From Trichosphaerium sp. ATCC 40318 (taxonomy: Eukaryota > Protista > Tubulinea), in contig JALMLS010000032.1 in assembly GCA_038496445.1 (NCBI GenBank), positions 1-34,811 on the forward strand: 34,811 nt of DNA, written 5' to 3'. A program made the translations under genes and the position numbers. The notes beneath the pieces were generated by a model. It made no database searches. It was not told where the DNA came from and saw nothing but the letters and a program-made list of their open reading frames with translations. Shown one piece after another: positions 10,297 through 21,009 of the stretch (position 1 is its first letter; each line of letters starts with the position of its first letter).

Positions 10297-12791
10297 TGTT
10301 ACAGTTAATCAAAGGGTTAGTTAATGAATGGAATAACTAGTTAATAAACAAATAACTAGTTATTAGGCAGATTACGATGGAACTTTATTTAAGTCATACA
10401 TTAATAACAGTCCAGTCATCTGTAAAGACAAGGTGAGTTGGCTGTTTGTTACAGTCAATAAACACAATCTTTACTTTGTGATTGGCAGAAAACTGACGGG
10501 AGAAGCCATTCACTTTTACATTGTACCAGGTTTTTCTTTTTTTCTGTACAATGGGAACACTCCAAAGGGATCCATCTACCAAACGCTCATCAAGATCATA
10601 TGCATCAATCTCTTCAGTTGTCATGGCTTGTTTAGTAGCAGCTAAGCAGATATGACGTTAACAATAAACCAAAGAAAAACAAACTACCTTTTTTTTTCTT
10701 GTGCTTAATCCGTATCACTGTACGAGTCCTTTTCTTCACAGGCACATTGACATCTTCACTAGCGCCAACAAGCTCTCCATATGAAGAATCTTCATCCTGA
10801 GTATGACCAGGAGAGTGCGTAACAAGCTAAAAAAATTGTGAAAAAAAAAACTCCAAAAGCATAAAGTATAAATGCACCTGTCGAAAGGGAGTAAAAGGAT
10901 GTCCCAATGGTGCTCTGTGCATCTTGGAGTCTTTGAATTGTTCTCTTCGACCGTCCTCTCCTGCAATCTCAACAAGGTACATACCATCTTCTCCTTGGCT
11001 AACAATTTTGCCCACACGATCATATGGAGATTCATGTGGCATTCTTTTTTTGCGAGTATTGGCACGAGCAAGAAACACAATTGTTTCAGGCTCATATTGA
11101 ACCTCATCACCAAAACGTGACTTCATACGTTCTGCCATTTGTCCTTGGCGAACATTTACCTGTAACAGTCACGTTACCAAAGAATTAAAAAATATTTACA
11201 TAAATTAACAATAAACGTACCACAGAACTCAAACGATCTTGATATGCTGATTGTTCTTCAACACCTTCAAGTACTGTTTTTGGAGTAGTAGCTCCTTCTA
11301 ATACTCCGAATGCTGAAATAATTAGTGAAAAATAAAAAGGTAAATCTTACGCGTAATATCCCAAGGGCGCCCAAAAGTAACTTCAAATGGGCTAACTCCT
11401 GTCACTGATTGACGTGTCTTATTGTACATGGCAGAAATCTCAAAGTGGAAGTCAATCCACCTAAAAAGAGCGTAAATAAAAACAAAACACATGAAAAAAA
11501 AAAAGGTACGTACCTGTAGCAAACTTCCGGAGGAGCACCCTCTGCCTTCAATTGTTCCATTTTCTTACCAAACCATTCCGCTTGAGTACGATTAAATCTT
11601 TCAATTTTTCCTTAACGTTGAATGAGCGTCTCTATGCTGTAGATCATTTATATAGTGCTTACCTTGTACATTAGGTGTTCGTGCTTTGCCATGAACCCAT
11701 TTCATGTCATGAGCAGCGAAATAATCCTGTACGCCCTAAAACCATGTTTTTAACGTTAAAAAAGGAAAAGCGTACCTTATCTATAAATTCTCCTCCATTA
11801 TCTGTGTGGACGATAATATATGTCCCAAATAATGAAAAAAACTCTTTAAAGGCAAGTAAAGTCTCCTCACCCCGTTTACTCGTCAAAGGTTTACACCAAA
11901 CTAGATTGGAGTGGTGGTCAATAAAGTTAAGCGCATACCGATAACGATCATTATATACAAGGTAGCATCCATAGTCTTTAATATCTAGTAAAGGTACGTA
12001 AGTAGCAATTTTTAAACAACAAAATGGTACCAGCAAGCACTCGCTCTCCTCTTTGGCGTGATCGTATTGGATGGCATCGTTGGGGCTTTACTGCAGCATG
12101 TCGGGAGCAACAAATCGCACAATTCCGAATAGCCTCTTGTACGTCTTTTTGACGCACATTGAGGTACTTTGTTGTAATCTACACATGAAATAAGCACGTT
12201 TTAATATAAAAAAATTAGTACTACCAAATCGTAAGTTCGATTCCATCCAACATGGTTATTTTTGCCATGAATGCGCATTATAAACTAAAAAACAATTTTA
12301 GTTTTTATTGTTTGTAGCTTTTCCGTTTGGTACCTTTTCCGTGTCAGCACAGTCCACCCATATTCGCTGCCAATCTACAATGTCTGAATTATTGTGATAC
12401 TTTCTTATGGCATAATGTTCACCAGGATAATCGCTGGCATCTGTACAGTGCACCAAGTAACCTTCAAATCCATTTCTAATAGATTTAAAAAAAGAGGCGG
12501 CAAAAAAGTAAAACGTACACACAAGTTACTCGGTTTTTAAATGTAGCAGCTTGTTTTCCAGATAAATTGAGCTCTTGAATTGCATTACACACAGTATCCT
12601 CTTTTTTTAAAACAGCTTTCAAATAGGGGATCCATAATGCCGGCAATTTGAAGGTTGGAGTTTTGGGTTTGCGGTCTCCACCTCGTTTCCGCTTTTTAGA
12701 TGCTTGCTCAGACATCCCGAGTTGATAACTAGTTAAGATGAAGATAACTAGTTAAGTGCATCCATTAACTTTTCAGTGGAAAACTGTAACA
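10297..12791 (-). mobile_element. Complete Ginger2/TDD-like DNA transposon (retroviral-type DDE integrase as transposase)
   Basis: Termini TGTTACAGTT...AACTGTAACA (10-bp perfect inverted repeat, imperfect to ~70 bp). 5-bp TSD TCACA at 10292-10296 and 12792-12796. One integrase gene, with no RT, gag or LTRs. Confidence 0.9.
10394..12715 (-). CDS. rve-type integrase/transposase with HHCC zinc finger, DDE core, GPY/F-like region and C-terminal extension; 12 exons
   Basis: Spliced translation: IHGKNNHVG...NCAIC (HHCC); RVLADIKD (D1); FIDHHS; VHTDNGGEF (D2); HGKARTPNVQGKIERFNRT (E); YNKTRQSVTGVSPFEVTFGR; ESPYDRVGKIV. All 11 GT-AG introns join in frame. Confidence 0.9.
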
Positions 12792-13088
12792 TCACAAACA
12801 CGCAATATCGTTTCATCAGTTTTTACTTTTCTTCTTTTTTGTTCGGACCCACGTTATGGCCCCTTTTTGTTTACAATGGAATACCCTAGCTTGTGCCATC
12901 TTTCCTTTGAACGCCAAGCATTTGAGTAGTATTTTAACCAATTCGCAGTATGCGCAAGTGTTACAGTGTGAAAAAATGAGGTCATTGCTTTATTTGTAAC
13001 AGCTTGTAACACTTGAGATGCTAATTGAGAATCTATTGAGAATGAACATTTTTTTGATGATAAACTTAACATTTCATATAGGAAACTG

Positions 13089-14405
13089 ATGACTCCACGT
13101 GAAGAAGAAGAGAAGAACATCATTTTTTTTCCTCCTGAAATCATTACAAATATATTACATCACGTGGACGCCAAGGATTTATTTTCTGTTGCTCAATCAT
13201 GTACACTTATGGCTGATATAATTCATGATATAGTTGGTTATAAAGAAGTTTATCTCAAACAATACACAGATATAATAAAGATAAGACAGTATAAGGGTAT
13301 AATGAACAACAGCATAGTCCAACTAGCAATTAAAAAAGATAGAGCCAACACATTATTTTCATGGCTTGTTGGTTGTCGTAAAATCAAATCACATAAAACT
13401 GTACCTATCAAGGATTGTGATCTCAAAGCAATAACAGAGTTTGGAAAACCTGATTATGTTGACCTTACTTATTGTGATAAAGTGACAGATGAAGGCATTA
13501 AATTACTTGCTGGAGTACATACTGTTGACCTTCATGGGTGTTCAAATATTACAGATGAAGGCATCAAAGCACTTGCTGGAGCTCACACTATCGGGATAAA
13601 TTACTGTGAAAATGTGACAGATGAAGGCATCAAGGCACTTGCTGGAGCTCATGCTGTCTATCTTGATGGATGTATAAATATTACAGATGAAGGCATCAAA
13701 GCACTTGCTGGAGCTCACACTATCGGGATAAATTACTGTGATAATGTGACAGATGAAGGCATCAAGGCACTTGCTGGAGCTCATGCTGTCTATCTTAATG
13801 GATGTATAAATATTACAGATGAAGGCATCAAAGCACTTGCTGGAGTTCATACTGTCTACCTTCGTCGTTCAAAGGTTACAGATGAAGGTGTCAAAGCGCT
13901 CAAAGGTGTTCACACTATTAGCCTTACAAAGACTCAAGTGACAGATGAAGGCATCAAGGCGCTCGCTGGAGTCTATACTATCTACCTTAGTGGTTGTGAA
14001 AAGGTTACAGATGAAGGCATTAAAGCACTTGCTGGAGCTCATACTATATACATTAACAATTGCTCAAACATTACAGATGAAGGTGTTAAAGCACTCAAAG
14101 GTGTTCACACTATTAGCCTCATAAAGACTCAAGTGACAGATGAAGGCATTAAAGCACTTGCTGGCGTTCATGAAATTAATCTTTTAGACTGCTCTATCTC
14201 TAGTGAATCAATCATGGCACTCGCAGGTGTCCATACTATTACAATCAGCAATATTACATTAACAGATACGCTGATAGATGTACTACTGCAAGGGGGCCTT
14301 TGTTACCTTAGAATCTATGGAAGCCAATATTCACAACCAGCTGAGTTAGTTGAAAGGTTAAAAGCAGCAGGAGTGCAGGTTGTATTCCGTTGTTTTTCTT
14401 GTTAA
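13089..14405 (+). CDS. Intronless F-box + leucine-rich repeat protein (cysteine-containing-type LRRs, 21-22 aa)
   Basis: N-terminal 'FPPEIITNILHHVDAKDLFSVAQSC' F-box followed by ~12 'VTDEGIKALAGxHTxxLxxC' repeats in a 438-aa open frame. Confidence 0.9.
   Translation: MTPREEEEKNIIFFPPEIITNILHHVDAKDLFSVAQSCTLMADIIHDIVGYKEVYLKQYTDIIKIRQYKGIMNNSIVQLAIKKDRANTLFSWLVGCRKIKSHKTVPIKDCDLKAITEFGKPDYVDLTYCDKVTDEGIKLLAGVHTVDLHGCSNITDEGIKALAGAHTIGINYCENVTDEGIKALAGAHAVYLDGCINITDEGIKALAGAHTIGINYCDNVTDEGIKALAGAHAVYLNGCINITDEGIKALAGVHTVYLRRSKVTDEGVKALKGVHTISLTKTQVTDEGIKALAGVYTIYLSGCEKVTDEGIKALAGAHTIYINNCSNITDEGVKALKGVHTISLIKTQVTDEGIKALAGVHEINLLDCSISSESIMALAGVHTITISNITLTDTLIDVLLQGGLCYLRIYGSQYSQPAELVERLKAAGVQVVFRCFSC
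13545..13845 (+). repeat. 132-bp tandem duplication (two LRRs per unit) inside the F-box/LRR gene
   Basis: Units start at 13545 and 13677, with a partial third at 13809. The first two differ at only two positions (GAA/GAT, GAT/AAT). Confidence 0.85.
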
Positions 14406-14775
14406 TAAATGAGTTTAAAGCTTCTAGCGGGCCTTGTCTTCAGCATGGCAACCTTTGATTAGAAACGTTTATGTAAACATCTCTTAAATAGTGTCACTAG
14501 AATGTCTGAAGCCACTCCTCATGTAGTTCTGTTCTACAAAATTGTTGAAGTCACAGAATATAGAGGAGCTCTATAAGGCTAAAACAGCGACTGCAATAGT
14601 TACTGAAAACTCGAAAGCTATTCCAGATTGTGAAGCTGCCACCTCTAACAAAACAATACATACGTGAGATGTATCACAAAGCATTCTTGAATAGTACAAG
14701 GAAAGAAAAAGCATGTTGAGTTTGGTTTTTTTAATTACTGTTACAAGTTTTGTTTGCTGCCACGAAAGGAGGTTT

Positions 14776-17700
14776 TTACAAAGTTTCTGTTGGATACTGT
14801 GCAAGTGTATTCATGGATTTGTTAAATTCTTTTATCTGCTTGTCGCTGATCGTCTTACCAATACGATGAGTACGAAGTAGTGATGTAACAGATTCAGAAA
14901 GGTTTTGAAGTTCTTCTTCTCTTCCTTTTTTAAGTCTCCCTAAAAACAAACATTAGTTGACATACTTTGTTTAATCCTTCACCATAAGGTTATCAGATTC
15001 AAAGTCTCCGGTATTAATACAATCACATATGTATTTGTATTCATACAATACAGGGTAATGGAGGACTTCAAAGTCATAGGTAGTGACAACAGAAAAAAAA
15101 ATTCATCTAGTTTAAAAAAGAAAAAAGCTTGGTTCTTTTTACCTTTGTATGCAATACAATTGTTATCAGTGATGCTAGTGATAGTTCCTACAGCCGGAGT
15201 AGATGGTACGCTTATTTCATGAAGTTGTGCTTGTAGTGTTCGTAATTTTTCGGGTCTATTAAAAATAAACTTAAGAGTGATTCATTTCGTCATTTTGACA
15301 TACGATGTTGTGAATATAGTAAGGAATTTTGGAATAAACAAGAAGCCCATAGTGAAACCAATAATCAGAAGTATACCCTAAAATAACAAATCAATTATTT
15401 TACAGAAAATCACGTGCATAATTTGAACACGAAACGACATATTCAATAAAACAGCAAATTTGTTTCCCAAAAATGGTGGAATAAAAGAGTTTTTGCTTAC
15501 CATTGAACGTATTATAAATACTACAGTAGGTTGGAAGTCTAGAGTGAATTGGATAGCAAGGCAAATAGATCCAGTTATGCCAACGTTCCACATCTTTAAA
15601 CAGAAAGAACATTAAAAACAAAATAAAAAAGAAACAGAAAACTTCTCAAAAGAAAAGCACTTCGAAGTTATTTGATGCGATTGTACGTACAATCCTTCCT
15701 ATCCACTCTGACTCATTAAAAAGCGTAAACACGTTCCTCGTTTTCCATGCTAGAAAAACCCCAGCCAGAAGAAAAGAACCCTAGAACACAAAGAGGTAAG
15801 CGAAGTTCAATCAGCAATAATTTATTTCCTTGATAAACTAGCCGGTACGTGAATGACCTTGAGTGTCATGATCGAAATTAAAAAGTAGTACGTTTTTGAA
15901 TATAAAGCATAGCGTACGTTGATGATAAGTATGATGACAGTGAAAACTACTTGAAGCCTTCCACTACAAGCATAAAAAAACTTGAAATTCTCAACTTCGT
16001 TGAATACTTTGGATCTCTTTGGTTGGACTACAGCTGTCCAAATACTCAACACAATCTATACAAACGTTGAAAATGGCAAACTAATCTTAGTATATTTATA
16101 AACAAGAGCTATTCCAACGTACTATTTCTACAGCCAAAATACAAGACAACCACTTTAACAGTTCAATATCCTTAATTACACGAACTTTTAACTTAGGATT
16201 ACCTAGAAACCAAACCTTAGTTACTCATCGTAATCAAATATAAATTATACTATCATACCAAATATACGAAATATACGCCATGTTTTAACCCATAAAGCGC
16301 TATAATGGTGAAAAAGTATGAGAGATGTTTAACGGCAAGAAAAGAAAAGAAAGAAAAGAAAAAAGGATGGTACCCAAATATGAGGCAATATGCAATTCCA
16401 AGTAACCATATACGTAGCGGACATATAATAGCTGATTGATACGCAAACATAGGTACACTTGCAAGACCAAATAAAGATCCAAGAAGAACAATAAAACAGA
16501 AAGTCGGACTTGAATACCTAAAAAAAAAAGAAAATAATAAGTTTCGTCTACAGCTCAACAACAAAAAAAAACGATATCACGTGATAAATGAAATATTGAT
16601 TAATGACATTTCTTTAATCTCGTGTGATTTTTTTTAAACAAAAAGCTCACGTCATGATGTAAAAAAACAACAAACAAGTTCATGGCGACCTGCTTTCGAG
16701 GTTTTTTTTTTTTTCAAAAATACTGTTGAAAGCGCAGTTGAGTGACAGTAAATGCCCTTACCTTATAATTGGATGCTTCCAGTAACATACAAGTAGTATG
16801 AGCAGTACCAAAGCAAAAAGAGATGTAGCTGCAGTTAACGCTAATACAGTGTACTTGGCAACATTTTCAAGTTTCCTCTCTTCAGCTATAATAAAACAAT
16901 AAGCTTAAAAATAAGCGTTCACGTGTAACATACTTGCTTGTGCTACCACAACTTCAAGTACTCCTATAGCGAAATCATATTGGATCTCTGGAGATCCACC
17001 AATAATAACAGAAGCGTGAGCTATTACCTGTTGAAGTTTTTTTGTTAATCACATTTTTGTCAAAACGAGGTAACACTTTAACAAATACGTACAGTCCATC
17101 TTCCTGCTCTCAAGGAAAATTCTGTTGTATTGTACCAAGCCGTATTATTCGAATCAAGATCAGACCATTCCTCTGGTGTATGTGTTACTAAGTCAGGCAT
17201 CTCCATGATATCAGGGGAGCAGACAGCTGCTTTGAAAAAACAACATAAGAATACAATTTTTAATTATAAAACAACCGCTCGTACATGATTCGGAGCGACA
17301 TGCATGTACGTTCATATGGTCAACTTGGTACTTCTAAATAACTATCAATTTTGCACGCTATAAACAATATGGAGAACAAGAGAGCGAGAGAATGTAGCTG
17401 TGTTCAAACAAAAGCAAAAAACTCACCGTTGTGAAATTTGTATAGCCAACATGTGTTTTGAACGCGATGAGATACTCCATGCCTTCAACCATTCCAACTT
17501 TAGAGGGCGGTACAGTCCATTCAATAAACAATAATGGTGTTCCGTTTTCGTCTTTATGACAACCGTCTGTGAGCATCACCTACGCCATAATAATGAGATC
17601 CTTGGGTAAGCTAGCGAAAAGAAAACAATAAAGGAAAAAAAATCCAAAATCACGTGATTATTGAGCAAAGTTCGTTTTTGTTTGATAAAAAACTGACAGA

Positions 17701-17995
17701 AAAATATTCAATAGAGGAGCTTAGAGCGTACAGTTATGTTTGAATCAATACGTTTCTCCCAGCACTCCGTTCCTGTTCCGCCTAGAAAGTATCCTATAGC
17801 TAGTCAACGACCACACAAACCGTGAGAACGCGAAAATTTGGTTTTAGGTAAAAAATGCTGAACTCCATTTTAATTTCTTCATATATACTACCGCTTTGGT
17901 TCTTAGACTTCCTTACCTTTTTGGCCTGATACAGTCAATACAAACATCAGCATAAGAGCAAGAAAACCAGTAATAAACGTAGTATGTCGTATCAT
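14776..17995 (-). CDS. Class C-type 7TM receptor with a short non-VFT extracellular domain; multi-exon
   Basis: Signal peptide MIRHTTFITGFLALMLMFVLTVSG. 7TM motifs KHPIIRYSSPTFC, ICPLRIWLLGIAYCLIFGALWVKTWRIFRIF, LAWKTRNVFTLFNESEWIG, FLFIPKF. The tail exons at 14966-15110 are not cleanly resolved, so the 3' end is approximate. Confidence 0.8.
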
Positions 17996-18170
17996 TGTTT
18001 TAATTAAGACAAACCCAACGTGTTGATCTAAAATGACGCAATCTCGTTGTTTACTAGCGTTAAAATGATGGCGTTTTTTGACGTCAAAGGATTTATTTAC
18101 GAAAAAAACACGTGATTATTCTGGCTTGTGAACAAAAATGAGGTTTCTCGTTAAAACAACAAAAAAAAGG

Positions 18171-19640
18171 TTAGGCCGTCGGAGATTCAACAGCGACTGG
18201 TTCTACAGGGTTTCTATCTGCTTGCGAGATCCAATTGCCAAGTGTTGATATTATTTTATCTGCTGAGAATCCAAGAGCATGATAACTCTCACCGGAAGGT
18301 AGAGTGTAGAATGCTCTATAAAAATCGTCTTTTCTTTTCTTCGCTGCAAGAAGTAACTCCGATTCCATCAACCTCTTCTTAATACCTGCCATGTCGGGAT
18401 GTTCTTTGTAAGCATCTTCCATTACACGCATTTCAGTTTGGCGATAACCAAATAAGTATCCCATAACGGTACATGGTGTAACAGCAGCTAAAAGTAAAAG
18501 TTATTTATTTGGATAATTTTTTTTGAATGATGAGCTTGTTGGTTGATTATACGTGCTTGTAGAAGAAAATAAATTGTTCAAAGCATTGTAATATAAATAT
18601 GTTTAACTGGTTGCAAACCCAAAAGGAAAAAATAGTTGAAAGAGAGGCCATAGGTGGAGTTTTTTCGGAATTTTTGTTTGAAGTTTTCTGTTGACTTACC
18701 AAAGTACATTGGTCTTCGTGTTAGGGCTCCAACCATGTATGGTGTTATAAATAACAAGCATGTGATAAAAGCAATTCTTGCTGATTCGCGTAATTTCATA
18801 CGAACAGATGTCTCATAAAGCAGCATTTGTTCTTAGAAACAAGAGAGTCAGTCGAAGAAGGATACAAAAAAATATTCAAAAGTTGACTTGTCAGTTGAGA
18901 CACTTAGTTCTCTTGACTCACGTTCTGCTTGTGTTGTTACAAGAACACCTTCTTCTTCAATAATCTTATCTCTGTTACCGTTAATAGACGCATTAATATC
19001 CTTAACAGTGAGGTCACTAAAGAAGAAAGAAGCCGTTAACAAAAAAAACGTGTTTGAAGCGGAAAAACTTTTGTTCTTGGTTTTCCAAGCTTGGTGTTGG
19101 GTTTTAAACGCACCCGTATTTACTGTTCTCACTCAGTTCATACATAGATTTAAGTGGGAGTGATGCTGGAGCCAAATAAGCTCGTGGAAGTATGAGCAAG
19201 TGTGTACGAAGCCCATAGAGCGCAATATCTTATTGTATGGCTTAGTTTAGTTGTTTTACGTTGTTTAGACGCACTTTGGTGTGGTGCACGGTACAGAGTA
19301 ACGTTTTTGTCTGGTTCTTCTATACCAAGGCCCTCTAGGCATTTATTTATTACTTTGGGCGTGTTTTTACCAACTGGCAATGAAGGCTCTAGAAAATGCA
19401 GTAGCATAGTTGGAGCACTATTTTACGCGTAGTTAAATACGGAGAGAACGTTAATAGCGTTTTTAGACGTACTTATTGAATACTGTGTAACAAATCAATG
19501 ACATGCCACATAGTGCTGCAGGAACGCGATGCTGAAGCCCTCGCGAGCTTGTAGAAACATAAGCTGTCAAAATAAAACGTCTTGTCTGTTTTAACACGAA
19601 CGTACGATGCTTTTGTTACATTCTTAATGGCCGACAACAT
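18171..19640 (-). CDS. Hypothetical multi-exon membrane protein, possibly organelle-targeted
   Basis: Exon fragments flanked by GT/AG: MLSAIKNVTKAS.., LLHFLEPSLPVG.., NIALYGLRTHLLILPRAYLAP.., ARIAFITCLLFITPYMVGAL (hydrophobic), MGYLFGYRQTEMRVMEDAYKEHPD..PTA*. The phase of the 5' exons is not fully consistent. Confidence 0.5.
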
Positions 19641-19741
19641 GTTGTATTCTGTGGGTTGCTCGAGACAGGCGCGTTGACTTTAAGTCAACTTTTCGGGTTT
19701 TTTGGAATAATTCATCACAAACCTTCTCTAGCTACACACTG

Positions 19742-20903
19742 ATGTTCCAATATCTTCGTAAGACGATAGGCGGTCGCGATGGCGCAGATTACGTCGATCC
19801 TATTCTACAAGCTAAAATTGAAGAGCTAGACCTTTACACTATTTCTCTTATGGCTCCAGCACAACAATTACAGATTTTCCTTAATCTGTTGGAAATAGTT
19901 GAATACGAGCCAAGCTTCGTTGCCAATAACGTGTACACCATAGATCAGATAGGCGAATTAAATACCAAATCGCTTGATATTATGGGAATAACCGACGCAA
20001 CGCATCGGCGACATATATTACAAGCTGCAAAGCATATAAAAGAGAACAAGGTATGCGACATGTCATTTTAACGGCTTTTGTTTCCAAATCTAATTTAGAA
20101 GTAGAAACCAGCTGTAGCACCACCTCCTGTTAATCCTTACTACGTATCATCACCAGTGGTAGCACAACAAGCTCCACAACAATCGCCTGTTCCTTCAGCT
20201 CCGCCACAAAATCAAACAGTTCCTCCAGAGCCTCAAACAAACCAATCAGGTATCTCTGCTGCGATAGGAAGAGGGTAAGCTCTTTTTCAAATAAACAAAC
20301 AAGTCGATCGTCAAACTCAAGCGCTTACTCTCTTTGAAGGATAGGAAACTCCATATCTTGGTTAGTATCAAACGACAAGGTACAAAAACAAGTTGGAGCG
20401 AGTGTCAGCGAAGCTGCAAAGGATCCCAGGAACCAACAAATGGTCTGCGAAGCAGCAGGTTAGGAGAAAACTGAAACATTTTCATTTTCATCGAAATCGA
20501 TTTTTCTTATTTACAGACTTCCTGACTTGTTTTCTGTATAGCTCAGCAAAGCAATGATGGGTTCTTTAGTAACTTGATGAGGTCTAAGAGCGTTCAAGGC
20601 GCAGTACGTCTCTTTTTTTGAGGAAAACAAAAAAAGTTCTTTTTGTTCCATTTTTCCGCATCTTATACGCTTTAAAAGGTCGGTTCGGCAATATCAAAGG
20701 CTGCTAGTGATGAAAGAGTACAAAAGGAAGCTGGAGCTATGCTTTCAAGGGCAGCTAATGATCCTGAAGTCAGGAAGAAGTTTTTTTCTGTTGTTGGTAC
20801 TGTTGCGCGTGCAGGTGCATCTATGGGTGCTGCTGCTTTTTCTATGGCTGCAAATGAAGTTGTTGCGAATAATCAAAACAGTAGAGAGAATCAGAGAAAC
20901 TAA
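19742..20903 (+). CDS. SAM-domain protein with Pro/Gln-rich linker and Ala-rich repeated amphipathic C-terminus
   Basis: 'FLNLLEIVEYEPSFVANNVYTIDQIGELNTKSLDIMGITDATHRRHILQAA' fits the SAM consensus. Later exons give APPPVNPYY..QQAPQQSPVPSAPPQ and the repeats 'NDKVQKQVGASVSEAAKDP' / 'SDERVQKEAGAMLSRAANDP'. Confidence 0.7.
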
Positions 20904-21009
20904 GAAATCGAATCCATCCAGAAACAGGATTTTTTTTCTTTTTTTTTTCTTCAAGTTTCTTGGCGCTTTGATGCCCGTGGGAGCTGAAGAAATTGGGTGT
21001 TTGGTTTCT

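Larger units (their letters stand above)
10030..12889 (+). pseudogene. Small hypothetical ORF (119 aa reconstructed) interrupted by the transposon
   Basis: Joining 10030-10296 to 12797-12889 (element plus one TSD copy removed) gives an uninterrupted frame ...QKETYVT-NTQYRFISFYFSSFLFGPTLWPLFVYNGIP*. Confidence 0.55.

Noticed and set aside
10297-12791. LTR retrotransposon or Polinton as the source of the integrase
   Set aside because: No gag/RT/RNase H, LTRs, pPolB or capsid. Inverted ends and a TSD enclose only the spliced integrase gene.
13542-13850. Repetitive minus-strand ORF (SSKCFDAFIC...)
   Set aside because: Antisense shadow of the LRR repeats.
14500-14670. Coding-like stretch between the F-box gene and the 3' end of the GPCR
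   Set aside because: Short, with no supported start, splice structure or recognisable motif.
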